A DNA stretch of 64,000 nt from Paraspadella gotoi (lineage: Eukaryota; Animalia; Chaetognatha): positions 17,047,904-17,111,903 of the forward strand of contig CM119270.1 in NCBI GenBank assembly GCA_051294375.1, given 5' to 3'. Within the stretch, counting starts at the first letter, position 1, and every line of letters starts with the position of its first letter. Below the pieces are notes generated by a model. It searched no databases. It saw only the letters and a program-made list of their open reading frames with translations, and was not told the origin of the DNA. The translations under genes were made by a program, and so were the position numbers. Shown in pieces: positions 25,136 through 61,650 of this stretch.

Positions 25136-26398
25136 TTTTTTTTTTCATCTGAGCACCGAGTAGTGAATTTTGTGACTGTAAAAACCACCAAACGAATGAA
25201 AAAAATTTTATGTAATTTTCTAGTTTCTCTTCTCCTTGTAAAAACAGAAATAAAGTTGGAAACAGTATTTTAAAAGATGGAAAAAATAGTGATACTTCCA
25301 GTAAAGTTAAAAGTCATAGTTATAATATAAGTACTAACTATTACACTAAATGCTGATACTTGAGAACAATGGGGCAGAGAAGATTCGGTGTCAAACTCAA
25401 AGTGACGCGGCGCCGGCGGCCGTCATTTGCCCAAGGTTCCGGTTCCGACCGGAAGTTCCATAGATTTATGAGTAGAGAGAGAGAGAGAGAGAGAGAGAGT
25501 GGTGGAAGAGAGAAAGGGGGGAAAGGAAGAAAGATTGAAAGAGAGAATGTTCGACAATATTAAGACTCTACATTTTTCTCTTTTCTTTGTATTTTCTTCT
25601 TTTTTTCTTTGTTTGGTTATCTTCCTCGCAAAAACATTTTTTATCCATCCCGACTTCTCCGTTTTTTTTTCCACATTTTTGTTTTGTTTACCAACAATCC
25701 CTTTTGTTTATGTCTCCAGCGTCCGCCGATAGATTTCGCTTTTTGATTAAGAACTTTTTTTCACCGGCATCACTTTTTTTAATATTTTTATTCTGTTATT
25801 TTTGTTTCTCCCGAGAGTTTGTTTTTGTTTTTTTTTTTATTTTTTAGTTACAATCTGTTAAAATTTATTCCGCCCATGGTCGAGGCCATAGCGTATTTCC
25901 CCGTAGCTACTCGCGGCATTTGCAGCATTTGCGGCATTATCAGATTTTCTGCGCTTCCGCTTCGGCCTTTAGCCTCTCGGGGTCGCAGCACTTTGTTTGA
26001 TTGCTTCTGCAATTTTTTTGTGTTTGTATAAAAATATGAGCTTGCGGCGCGTGAAGCTTTTGGGGGCGGAAAAAAAATCAGAAATGTAAATCAATTTAGT
26101 TTGTATAGACCATAAATGCGGAGAGAACAGACTAAATTGGTAAAAAAACGTAAGAATACACCAGGGAAGATAGTACCTCAATTTCCATACCTAAGGAATC
26201 TTGAAAAAGGCGCTATGAATTCTTTAAAAGACTTTCATAAAATTGAAAGAGAAAAGTTTAATCTCCTCATTTAAGATTTAAATCTTCGCCTCCGGTTTCA
26301 CTTATCCTTTGTGGATGGAAAATTGAGACGGTGCAACTCAATCTTCTTCCAAGTCTACCTCTTCGTCCTTCGTCCTCTCTCTCTCTCTCTCTCTCTCG

Positions 26399-26447
<49 letters not shown>

Positions 26448-26549
26448 CCTTCTTCGTTCCGACTCTGGATCGTTATCATCTCTCTATGTAACTCTCTCTC
26501 TCTTCTCTCTTCTTCCGTGCTTCTTCTTTGCTTCGTTTCAGCCTTCATT

Positions 26550-26589
<40 letters not shown>

Positions 26590-29500
26590 GCTCTCCTGCT
26601 TCGTTCCTTCTTCGTTTCCGCTCTCATCGTTATAATCTTCTCTCTCTCTCTCTCCTTCTCTCCTCTCTCTCTCCTCTCTCGTCTCTCTCTCTCTCTCTCT
26701 CTCTTATTACCCGACCATAATTCTCCACTTGACAGAAGGAGTTCGCGCTCGAATATTCGTCGTAGTGATAAATGCTGCTTCATCTCTTCGGAGACTCGAG
26801 TAATTCGTTTGATGTACTCTTTCTGGAGTTCTGCTCTGGAATGAAACCTAACTGGGTATTTCGTGTTATAATCTCATTTAGAAATATTCAAATTTTAACG
26901 ATTCTTTCGGCATCTTTGTGAAAATGATAATTGTATTTGTGAACATCATCCTTCGCCATACTTCTTTATATTTCCTATCCACCATCTTCTACTTTTCACC
27001 CTCCCCTTTTTCTCGTTTCCACCTGGCGTTATGGCACCGCCGGGGCAGCCGGGCGTTATGGCACCGCCGGGGCACCTGCTGACCTTTATTCCGGAAACCT
27101 CCGCTCATCAAAGTTTGTGTTCGACCTTAAAGCGAGAGTTTTTGCCGAGAATTTCCGGTCATCGATAAAAGTTTTTGCCGAGAATTTCCGGTCATCGATA
27201 AAATTCGGGTCGAAAGCTTTTTCGGTCGTCGACGCGGAGAAGCGGGAGAAAATAAGGGATCCTTTCGTTTTAATCGGTCGAGGGTTTGAGGAAATATAAA
27301 AAAAAAAAAACATTTTAGTTAAAATATTAAGAGTTTAAAGTTCTCTACCCAAATGCCCTATCATTTTAAACGGTTTTAGTTTAATAAACGTGTCTTGAGA
27401 CTCGCCACAAACTCAATCGCCCATACAGTTCGAGCCCAATGATTTTTTAGAGTTCCTGCCAATTTTCTTGCCATAAATCCATTTGCGTTGCGGATTCCAA
27501 TAATGTTCCGAAAAGTAGAACCAAATACATTTCGAAGAGTCTATATGTCCTTCCTTTTCCTACCCTCGCCCGTCGCCTCACCTCCCCCCTCCCAATCCGC
27601 CCCCCCCCCCGAGTGGAAGGTCGGGAGAAAGATTTTTTCCGCTCGACCCAAACTTGAATCGGACGAATGAACTTCCTTTTTTGATTTATTCTTTTTTTTT
27701 TCTTTCTCCGTTCTTATTTCGGCTTTTTTGCTCTTCTGTTTTGTTGCAAACAAACATAAGAGTCGTTTTTTTTAACCGAATGTTTTTGCCAAATGTACTG
27801 GGCTCATTGGTGAGTTTTTTTTTTGTCCGGACAAAAATCAAGCCATGGTGTACAATTTGCTTTTCTGGTGTAATATCTTCCACATAAAACAGTAAAAATT
27901 AGCTTAATCGACGCTTTTTTTTTCCCCCGCCAACGATTTCCTTTCGGGAAACATTTTCGATTAAAAATGTCTTTTTTTGTTTTTTTTTTCCGGCGATGAT
28001 TTATTGTCGTTATGCGTTTTCCCTTGAGGGATTCCAACATGACAGCCCCTCGGGAGAGCGGCCAATGCTACTAGCCCATTTTCGAAATGAGATATGGCGG
28101 TTGGTGGGTGAAAAAGTTGGTAGTTTTAGTTCATCGTCAAGTTAAAAGGTAACTTACCCGCGTGAAATTTTAAGAGAACCAGAGGAAACAAAAAAGTGAG
28201 ATGGTTTCCATGAAAACATTGTTTAAAAAGTAAAAAAAAAACAACCAAAACTAGCAAATTTATCCAAAATCAAACAAGAGAGCGGGAAGAGAAAGCGTCT
28301 TCATATTGTCAAAAAGCTCCCCATTTCAGACTAAATTGAGAATTTATTTAATTTTTAAGCTTTATACAATTACAACGATATGGCTAACTTTAAGCTTTTG
28401 GTGAGTATTAGGAATTAAGTTTGAGCTTAGCTTAGTATTAAAGTTAAGGATTAGGTTTGAGCTTCGTCATTAAGTTTGGGATAAGTAATAGAGTAAGGGA
28501 TTAGGTTTGAGCTTAGCCATTAAGTTTGAGTTAAGTATTAAAGTTAGGGATTAGGGATTACGTTATTATATGTAATTCTAAATGTGTTAGTTTTAATTTT
28601 AAGTAAGAGACTCATTTTACACGTGCACCGCGTAAATGAAACTTACTTTTATTACTTACTTTTATTCCTGGTTTTCGTCGATAATTAAGATAAAAATCCT
28701 GAGAGATGAGATGATGCGATGTTGTTTTCAGTATTGTTTGTTCATTCGTCGGTTATTCCCATTTTGTATCACATTATGAATAATTTCTGAAGGAGAAAGT
28801 TTAAAAAACAAACAAACATTATAATGTGTTTGGACCGAAAAAGTTGTATCTTAATGTTTCTTCGCTGAAAAACAAACAAACTCTCGATCTCTTTGGGCGA
28901 ATTTGGAAAATGCCTGCGAAATTTTTTCATGAGCGCAGACGCCGGCTTTTCATGAGCGCAAGAGCGGGATGAGCGGAAAAGTAGGGCGCGGCCCGAGAGA
29001 CTAAAAATGCGAGAGAGAGAGAGNNNNNNNNNNAGAGAGAGAGAGATATGTTATTCGGCTCATAGAAGAAGATTAAAGGAAGAACTGATAATAGTTTTTG
29101 CCCAAATTAAGGAAAATTTGAAAAAACAAAGAAATGTGGAAAAGTACATAAAGACGAGAAGACAAGGAGTGAAAAAGAAAAGAAAAGAAAAGAAAAGATT
29201 AAAATATAAAATATAAAAGATTTTGTAAAAGATTTTGCTAAAATATGATGGATAGTCAAATTTAAAACAAAAGAACATTAACATTATCATAAACAACAGT
29301 TACAACTGGAAATTAATTATAAATTTTAAATTAGCTAGAATGCCGGTTGGACCAGAGAAACAACCGGAAAACTCCGCTTAAGGCTAAAAGAAGAGAAAAC
29401 GAGGAAGAATAAAAGAAAGGAAAAAAAAGAAAGAAGAAAAGAAGTAAGGAAACATTATAAAGGAGAAAAGGAAGGTAAGGGCGACCCCGACCTGGAGGAG

Positions 29501-30487
29501 TAAACGGGACGCGCCGCCTGACAGCGCATGAACTTCTTGTCTGGAAGAGGAGGAGGAAGAGGAGGAGGAGGAGGAGGTGGAAGATGGAGGTGGAAGAAGG
29601 AAATGGGGAGGAAAGGGTTGGAAGAGGAAGGGGAGAAAAGAGAGATAAAAATTGAAAAGAAGGAGGAAGTAAAAGGAAGGAAAGAAGGAAAGGGATGGAA
29701 GAGGAAGGGAAGAAAATTGAGATAAATATTTTTTAAAAAAAGAAGGAGGAAGAAAAGGAAGTAAAAGGAAAGAAGGAAGGATAGGAGGTAAGAAGGTCGG
29801 AAAGACAATTAAAGAGGTAAGGATGTGATATTGGTACAACCAATATAAAATTATCCATTTAATCATTGAATAAGCTAACTTGCCCCTGAATTTTGAGAGG
29901 CTATGGCGAGAAAGGGACTCCAACCCTCTTACAAGATAAATATATAGCGGAACACAGCTTTCTGTCACAGAGTACCTGGCTTCCCTATCAACGAAGTGAT
30001 ATAATATTTCTAAGAAATGATAAAAGGACCACTCCCTAATATACCCTGATATGAAAAAGGGTAGGAAGTTGAAAAGAATGGAAAGAGAGAAAAGAGAGAG
30101 GAAGAGGATAAAGGAAATCGCGACCGGAAGCAGACGGAAAAAAGCCGGGATACTGGATGTGTCTCGGATAACATACCCGAATAAAAAGAATTTAATAATA
30201 ATGTAATAAGGATAAGACAATTTGGACGAAAATTCAGAATTCAAAGCGACGTGGCCAAGCAAGAGAAACCCTCTTTATTTTTTAAATAAAGAGTTTTAGA
30301 ATATGATTTTAATCGTTGTATTAAACTTTTTTATTGCCGTAACTTTATTATTTTATAATTTCCTGTTTTCTCTTTCCTTGAAGTTGTTAGTGAAACCTGA
30401 GCGTGATTTTTGTCATTTAATTAAAATAAATCTAAAGATTGTCTCACTAAGGTTTTTTTCAACAAACGGCAAAAAACTAAAAACATA

Positions 30488-31621
30488 ATGGAGCGGCCAA
30501 AAACAGACGATAAACAACGACAACAACGACAACGGATACGAAGGGAAAAACAACCGAAGAGAAAACGCCAAACTTTGTCAGCGACGACGACGATGAAATA
30601 CGAGAACAACAACAACAACGACGACGACGACGACCGACGTGCGTCGCATCCCCGACGAGGTCACTCGGACCTCCTTGTCCTTCACATCTTATTTATTTTC
30701 CTTGTGCTTCAATCTTATTTATTTTCCTATGTACTTCACATCTTATTTATTTTCCTTGTGCTTCACATCTTATTTATTTTCCTTGTGCTTCACATCTTAT
30801 TATTTTCCTTGTCCTTCACATCTTATTTATTTTCCTTGTGCTTCACATCTTATTTATTTTCCTTGCTTCACATTTTTATTTTCCTTGTCCTTCACATCTT
30901 ATTTATTTCTTGTGTTCATCTTATTTATTTTCCTTGTGCTTCACATCTTATTTATTTTCTTTGTTCCACTCTTATTTATTTTTCCTTGTCCTTCAATCTT
31001 ATTTATTTTCCTTGTCTTCACATCTTAATTTATTTTCTTGTGCTTCACATCTTATTTATTTCCTTTGCATTTATTTTTTTCCTGTTCTTCTATTTTCTTC
31101 TTCTTATTTATTTTCCTTGTGCTTCACATCTTATTTATTTCTTGGTCCTTCCAGTCTTATTTATTTTCCTTGTCCTTCACATCTTATTTATTTTCCTTGT
31201 CCTTAACATCTTATTTATTTTCCTTGTCCTTAACATCTTATTTACTTTCCTTGTCCTTCACATCCTATTTATTTTCCTTGTCCTTCACATTCTATTTATT
31301 TTCCTTGTCCTTCACATCTTATTTATTTCCCTTAATGTCGGAGGGAAAAAAAAATTGGCATCAGCGTTTGAGGAATTCTTGCAGACGATTCCGCGAAAAT
31401 ATTGTTCCGTTGAGATGACGGATATTACGAATAATTTGTAAGTATAATATATATAATATATATAATAATAAGTGGACAGCATAAAATTTCATACAGCTTC
31501 GCTACCCCAGCTATTCTTGAATTAATCGATAAACGGTCGAGACATTCACTTCGGTTTCTCGTTTTCGTGGTTAAACTTAAAGGCGGGAGAAGTTGTAGCT
31601 ACAAAAAAGACGCGCCCAATA
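30488..31621 (+). CDS. Possible small spliced gene of unknown function (exons about 30488-30659, 31343-31437, 31498-31621) with a minisatellite-filled intron
   Basis: GC-richer exon-like blocks with plausible GT/AG ends (..LASAFEEFLQTIPRKYCSVEMTDITNN|FFATPAILELIDKR..). No recognisable family. Confidence 0.25.
30672..31332. repeat. 27-bp minisatellite (ttttccttgt(g/c)cttcacatcttattta)n
   Basis: More than 20 imperfect tandem units are directly visible; they explain the LVLHILFIF-repeat ORFs. Confidence 0.95.
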
Positions 31622-32001
31622 ACAAAATGTATATATGTAGTTACGAGTTAGTTGGTTTGTAGTGGATTTTAATTAACCTTCCACACACTCTTTTTTGTAT
31701 ACAGTATGTTGTATTGAGCCGTTGAGATGATTTCATTATTTCCAAAGGGCGCGAGCGAAAGCTTTTAAAACAGAAAAGTTGATCGGTGAAGCAATAGTAG
31801 CGGAGCTTTCCAGTATTGACGAGAGGAAAGTTGACCGTTAAAGTTTAAACCCCCCCCCGATCGGCTTCGTTCACGTTGGTCGCCATGACGACGGAGCGAT
31901 TTAGGCTGAGGACGACGACGACGACTTTGGCGGAAAATTTTCGTTCGAGATGAAGTCAATAAATCACTAGATTCGGCCGAACGCGCGGTTTTTCCGAGCG
32001 C

Positions 32002-32123
<122 letters not shown>

Positions 32124-32359
32124 AAACACGGACCAGTGGCCGCGCTGGCCCCATTACCATCGAGCTAATTAGTGCTGACTCGGTGGAGAGTAAATACTTC
32201 AAGTTTGATGAAGCGAATAATTTTCTTTTTCGTCTTCGAAAGAAGATTTACAGTTCGGGTCGATCGTCTAATATATATGTTTAAAATTGAGTAATTAAAA
32301 GCATTATAGCGGGCGTTGACTTGGTTCACCCCACAATTAATCATCTTTACCATAGTCGT

Positions 32360-32490
32360 GACCCTGTGGCTCACAACATGACCAATAAGTATCGGGTTCA
32401 ATACAGCACTTGCTCTTCTCAAGGAGGACTCCGGTTGGCGCCCTGATGATTCACACAAGAAAGCGGGAAGGGGCGTCTAATCCCCCTATA
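32360..32490 (+). mobile_element. Degenerate SINE-like repeat; body also found at about 41120-41190
   Basis: gaccctgtggctca..gggttcaatac head; ggactccggttggcgccctgatgattcacacaag is nearly identical to ggactcgggttcgcgccctgctgattcacacaag in PAK intron 2. Confidence 0.4.
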
Positions 32491-32896
32491 GTTGGAGACT
32501 TTGTGTGCGACGGAAGGCGAACTGCTTGCGGCATCGACTTCCGCTGTCTCCGCCATTTTTTTAATTCACGTTTCCCTTTTCGCCATTTTGATTTAAAACC
32601 TAGACCCAGACTAAATCCGAGACGTGAAACGATCGAAGGATTAGAAGGGCAGGATTGATTTTTGAAGTGGCTCAAATTTTATAATAAAATCAAATAAAAT
32701 TAAAATAAAAGTTATTCTTATACGAATTTTCTATTGAAAAATCTAGTTTATCCAGTATCCAGACCGGCTGTAGAAATTTCCCTTCGTATAGACATCTCAA
32801 TTGTCAACTTATATGGACAACGTCATCTCCCGCCTAAGTCGGTTTATTCGTTTTGCTGCACATTAACCTAAATTTTTAACCCTCTCTATCTCTATC

Positions 32897-32963
<67 letters not shown>

Positions 32964-33373
32964 TTTTACCACCGAGCACTAATTGAATTTCCCCCTCATT
33001 TCTTTCTTCTCTTTTTGTTCCGACTTCCGAGGCAGAGCTATCCCGGAACCGTTGCAAGAATTATACCGCAATTTATTCCATCATAATTGATAACTCTCTC
33101 TCTCTCTCTCTCTATTTATTTTTTCTTACTTCGTAGTTCTTTCTCTCTCTCTCTGGTTATTCTGGACGATGGCCGGGGAGTTTATTTCGTTTTCTTTCTT
33201 TCTTTTTGTTTCTTCGAGGCAGTCAGCTCTCGTCATAAAATCATAAAAAACCGATCGTCGTCCGTTTTAATCCGTTAAAAGTCATATTTCTATTTAATCA
33301 ACAGAATCGGGGCGCTCTCGGACAACAGTGCCCAAAAACAAAAGGCGGGGGGCCGTCTTTATATTTTTCAAAT

Positions 33374-35153
33374 TCACGCGCGAAAAATGGCGAACATAAA
33401 CTGTGACGGTGTGAATCCCTCGTCGTCGAGTTCGCATTTCACGTCCGAAGCGAACCCTTCCTCCACCCACACGTGATCCGGCGCCACGGGCTGCGTAGCG
33501 AAACAATCCGCGTACCACCAGCCCGCTCCGTAGGTGGAGGCGCAGTTGACGCCGTCCCACCGATCGTTGTCGGCGTCGGCCGTGGAGAAGGACATGTTTC
33601 TCGAGAAGCCGAGAACGTCGCACGTGGAGTTTCGGTGAAAGTTGAGACCGAGAAGAAGTTGACCGTAGGACCATCGGTAGGAGAGGGATTCGTTTTGGAC
33701 CTGGTGGGGGGAGAGGGAAAAAGAGAGGGAGAGGGAGTGTTTGAGAGAGTAGAGAAAAGTTAAAAAAGTGTTTGAGATAGACGAAACCTAACCTTTTTCT
33801 GTCTGTCTTCGGTCCAAATAAATTTAAATAACAAAAATATTACTTAAATAAGTTGCATTGTTTAAACTTTGTTTAAAGAAAACAAGGGGGGAAAAAGCAA
33901 AAAAATAATTACGCTTTCCCCCTCAGGGAAACGTTTAACGCCGCGTCTCATTAAATTTTGGTTTTCCATTGTCTTCTCGATTCTTCTAGTTGTTGTGGTC
34001 GTTGATGTATCCATTTTCTCACCACGAAATTGGGCCAGACACCGACCGCCCACTGGCCCGTCTTTGGGTCGTCCTCGTCATTGGCTTTCGCGTTGTATCC
34101 ATATTTCCACCATTTGAATTTGGCCACCAAATACCAACTTCCTGATTTCGTCAGCTGATGCAATTTCTCTAGACCCAGCCACAAATTGTTTCCTGTTGGC
34201 GAAAAAAAACGTGTATTTTAATCGAACAAATGTTACATAGCATTTTAAATACTTTATCTTAACCTTTGGCGAATCCGTTTTTATATTCGCTCCAGAGATT
34301 TTTTTCCTTAAAAATGGCGGCTTCCTCGGAGTGGACGGTGTGCCACAGAAAGGGAATGAATGTGTGACTGACGGAGGAGCCTAGGAAAACGTGTGTGTAT
34401 CGAGTTAAGATTAAAATTAAATTTACATACAAAAACAGACAGAAACGCCTTACAATAAACATCGGAGATCATCGTGAACGTCTTGTCGTTGATCAATGTC
34501 GCTGAAGTCGCTAGAAAAGTTTGCAGAAATGTTAGATGAGTCGAGCAAGGAATTTGTTAAATGTGAGTGATGATAAAATAATGGTAATGATAAAATAGCG
34601 CCGAGGGGGTTAACTTATAATGAGTACCGTGATTAAAGACATCAGTGACCCAAACTTTTTTCCAAATACCGTTCAGATGGTGCAGACCCAGGCGCCTGTT
34701 CATTTCTTCCAGTTGATGAATTTTGTCGTTAAATGTCATCAGTTTCTCCATATATTTCGCTTCCTTCCACATCGAACGACTTTTAGTTATCTCAATGAAA
34801 GGATTTTTTTTTTCAATTTTCGAGTGGCTCACTTGTATGTTGTGTTCGTCCTTCAGGATTTCTTTTTCCTTTTTCAAAGATTCGATTGTCTTTTTAAATA
34901 TTAGGTTCGAAATCATCTAGGGAATTATTAATTATATTATTAAAAATATTTTATTATTATTAAAAATTATTAATCGACCGAAGACGGGCGATTTTCATTC
35001 TATGAATCTATCTTTAACGATTTATCTTTAATTAATTCTTTAATTTATCCTTAATTAATCTTTAAAAATTAACGCGAGACTAACCAGAACCAGAATAAAT
35101 TCCAAAACCACAAAGATGAGGGCAGAAATCCACAAGGAACGGAATTTTCCCAT
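33374..35153 (-). CDS. Fibrinogen-related domain (FReD) protein with N-terminal hydrophobic segment and coiled-coil neck (about 6 exons)
   Basis: WSEYKNGF, LWLGLEKLHQLT, MSFSTADADND..NCASTYGAGWWYADC; hydrophobic leader MGKFRSLWISALIFVVLEFILVL; in-phase GT-AG introns. Confidence 0.85.
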
Positions 35154-35801
35154 CTTTTCTTCTTAGCTTCAAAAAATTTGTTGAGGTAATCTAAAAGGCA
35201 CTGGGTAGACTGAATTTGTAGCAGGCGGTGAATACCTCGCTATCTATTATCGAGTCTAAAAATAAATTATTAATTTTAATAATTATTTTTGTCGATTGAA
35301 TACTATTCTTTTTGAGACGATATATCGCTAAAACTTTCTTTGTGCTGGGGTTATAAACTAAAAAAGTTTTAAGATATATTTTTTATCTGCCTTTCTATAA
35401 TAACCATGCAGTGACTCGCTTTAAATATAACTCCTTTTGTTTTTAAGACAATTTTTGTCTTATTTCTTTATAAATGCCACCAACCTTTTCCCGATGATCT
35501 ACAAAAACAAAAAGACACGGTCAGGGATGGAGTTAAAAAATATTCCTCCAGTTTTATGCTAAGAAATAATTTTTCACCGGGCGACGAATATTTTTTAAAA
35601 AATGGGACCGGTTGAAACTAGACAACATAAATATATTTCATAATCCAAGTAACATAAAACGCTGTTAAATGATAATTCACATGCTACGTACAAAAAAAAT
35701 GGTGAATCACAGTAAATATTTAACAAATTTAAAAATTAAGGATGTTGAACGATTGTGGCGATTTGTGAAGACTTGATGACAATTTGGAGCTAAATTAATA
35801 A

Positions 35802-58764
<22,963 letters not shown>

Positions 58765-58884
58765 CTGTGAAAGAGGGAGGAAATGATGGGGTTGATGGAA
58801 CGAAAACGTGTGATGGAGTAGGGGTGTATGTTGTCGGGCATTGCATAAGTTGACCCCGCCTATAAGCATGACACCTTCGGTCGG

Positions 58885-59093
58885 GACCCGGTGACTCATT
58901 GAGTTAAACCATTTACTTATGACCACTTGGTATCGTGTTCACTGTTCAATCCCAACCCGGTACCAACCCTGCGGGAAGCGCGTGGACGGCGTAAACTGCC
59001 TTGGGGGACTGGTAAACTCTCAAACCTCGTTTCATGGCTGCTAGAGGGGGTTAAAGAAGTTGCGGATAGCATTCTTCAGCCCACTTAGCGCCT
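58885..59093 (+). mobile_element. tRNA-headed SINE-like element, same family as 46625-46780
   Basis: gacccggtgactcattgagt..gttcaatcccaacc head and an identical 3' end tcttcagcccacttagcgcct. Confidence 0.65.
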
Positions 59094-59307
59094 TGTATAT
59101 ATGTATGTGGATTGGTGAAAGAGTTTTATAAACTATATGAGGGCCAAAATAAACAATTAAGTTATCTATTCTCAATTCAAAATGGCGCAGTCAATACGGG
59201 CGTCAATGACAAGGATTTAATTTTATTACTTATCACTGACTAAAGAAATTCACTGGGAACCATTCAGACCATCTGGAATCTAAACTCTCAAATTTTACAA
59301 CAAAAAA

Positions 59308-61650
59308 ATGCACAAATTCCCGAATCGGGGCGCCGACGAAGCGCCTGCTCAACGTTTTACGGTGGAAGACATGGGGATTTATTACGAGGCGGAGAAAAAA
59401 CCATCAATACTAACCCTTTCAAGAGGTCAGTAAACCGTTTTTAAAATGTCTTTTTTCTTTTTAAATATCTCATTCATTCTTTCTTTTTTCTCGTTAAATA
59501 TTCCCAGCCAAATATTTTATTATTAAAAGTTATTATTTCTTTCACAGTTAAAAACTCGTTATTTATTTTCGCGGGATGTATTATTGTTATTTCCCTCGGA
59601 ATCATTTTTTGGCAAGTAAAAAAATCTGAACTTCAGCAGGGTTAGTAAAGATGATGGTAACAATTTTTTTACTAGAGTTGAATTAAATTCGAGTAAACTC
59701 ATATTAAACCAAATGGCAGATTTTTAAGAAAAAGATTAATCTCTCATAGAACATTTCTCTCTTATATTTATAACACTTCTTTTATAGGAAAGCCAGTTAC
59801 TCTGGAAGTAAATAACCTAGACTGTGGTATTGTCTTGATTAAAAGCTTGCAGAATCATGTTATTACTGTAAAATAATAAAATCCTTCTACAGATGTACTA
59901 CTGGCAAAATTCCTCAAAATGGATAAAAAAATAGCCGCTGCACAAGGTAGAGAGATCCTTTTATCCTATTGTATTTGGTATATATATGTTATACAAAGGG
60001 AAAATAAATTTAAAATTTCGCCAAATTGATCAGAAAATCAGTATCGCTATGAAAATATATAGTGTTCAAAGTCTGTTCAATTGAAATGTTCTGTATGAAA
60101 TAATAAAATTCAATTACAGATGCACTTTTGACGAAATTCCTCAAAACGGAAGGTAGAGAGATCATTTTATCCTATGGTATTTGATATATGTAAACGTTAT
60201 ACAAATGGAAAATAAATTTTGAATACAGAATCGACTTCAGCAAAATTTCGCCAAATAGATAAGAAAATCAGTATTGCCATTAAAAATTCTCAAGGTAATA
60301 AACGATTGTTAAAACTAAAAAGTCTGTTCTATTGAACTGTGTTGCACTTATAACAAAATTCCTCCAAACATTTGTTATCTGCATACAAATTACAATTTGA
60401 TTTTGAATATGGAATCCGCCAATGCAAAATTTCGCCAATTAGATAAAAAAAAAAAAAATTAGTATGTCATTGAATATGAAAGATTATACAAGTATGTTGT
60501 ATACTTAAAAAATTTCCATTTAATTCTGTTGTATTAAAGGATAATATTTAATCACAGATGAACTTTCGACGAAATTGTTCCATATGGATCAGAAAATTAC
60601 TGCTGTCGCTGATGCACAAGGTAGAATTGTATTTTATAAATTTTAATAAAATAATAAAATAATTTTTTTTCAATTTCTACCAAAGTAGAGAGCTTATTAT
60701 TAATCACGTTGTAACTTAAAGAATAAATTTAAAGCTTACAAAACATAATCGAAAGAGTACGTATAATTTTTTTCTTCCCGAAAGGTGTTTGGGAAAAGTT
60801 GAACGGTCTACAAACATTGAAGGATCCCCCTCTAAAAGACTGGACTATATTTCAGTATCACAATTTTTCAAGCGGTACCACTCTGTTCAATGAGGGAAAC
60901 TGGCAAGAGTACAGAGAAGGGTTCGGTAGTTTCGAGTGCATCACAAGGTGATAACTTAATCTTAAAATTAACGACAGTGACATATGAACAAATCAATCTC
61001 TGGTTAAAAATTTTACTAGAAGAAAACAATGCCAGTTAGCCTACACCTACTTAGTACTGCAAACAACAAAATCAAAATATTATGAATATATTAGTACAGA
61101 AAACGATTAATCCTTGAAAAAATCTTGTTAAGTTCCGAGTCAGGTAAGGTAATTACTAATCAGATGATAAATAATCATGTTTCTGTTCAGCAACGCCTTT
61201 TGGCTGGGACTTGAACAGCTTCGAAATCTCACGTCAGTTGGAAAGTGGAAACTCCTCATCGCCGTCAAATACGACAAACTCGTCAACAAACTCTTGGACG
61301 TTCGACGAGGAACTTGGGGTTGGGGGATTTGGGAAGAGTTTAGCATCGAAAGTGATCGATATCAGTTGAAAGTCGGGAACAGGGTGAAGATGGTGAACAT
61401 GGGAAGGAGAGATCCTTTCGTTGTTCACAATAATGAGTATTTTTCAACGAGAGATCACGACAATGGTGCGTCGTGTGCAAAAAGGTATCGAGCGGGCTGG
61501 TGGTATGGTTACAAGACCTGCTACCATTCGTGTCTCAATTGCGACCTTAATTCTGAGCGAGGAGTTGTTTGGTACGACATCTCAGCGGGCTGCAGAACTG
61601 ATGATTACGGCGTTTTGGTTGAATCTCTTATGGCGATAAGCCGAGTGTAG
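59308..61650 (+). CDS. Type II membrane fibrinogen-related domain protein (FIBCD1-like architecture)
   Basis: Short cytoplasmic exon (..FTVEDMGIYYE..); TM exon (SLFIFAGCIIVISLGIIFW); several phase-1/1 neck micro-exons; FReD motifs WTIFQ, WQEYREGFG, FWLGLEQL, FSTRDHDN..CA..YRAGWWY..CYHSCLN. Confidence 0.82.

Noticed and set aside
29384-30262. 292-aa minus-strand ORF
   Set aside because: Low-complexity F/L/S/P translation of a purine-rich tract with no recognisable domain; probably repeat-derived.
30672-31332. CRISPR-like regular repeats
   Set aside because: Units are head-to-tail with no unique spacers, there are no cas genes, and the context is eukaryotic.
30488-31441. 317-aa ORF with hydrophobic LVLHILFIF repeats, resembling a membrane protein
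   Set aside because: It is produced by a 27-bp pyrimidine-rich minisatellite that is open in several frames; there is no evidence the repeat is coding.
32436-32480. CTGATGA..GAAA hammerhead-like string
   Set aside because: There is no proper stem III or NUH cleavage triplet, and the sibling at about 41137 lacks the core.
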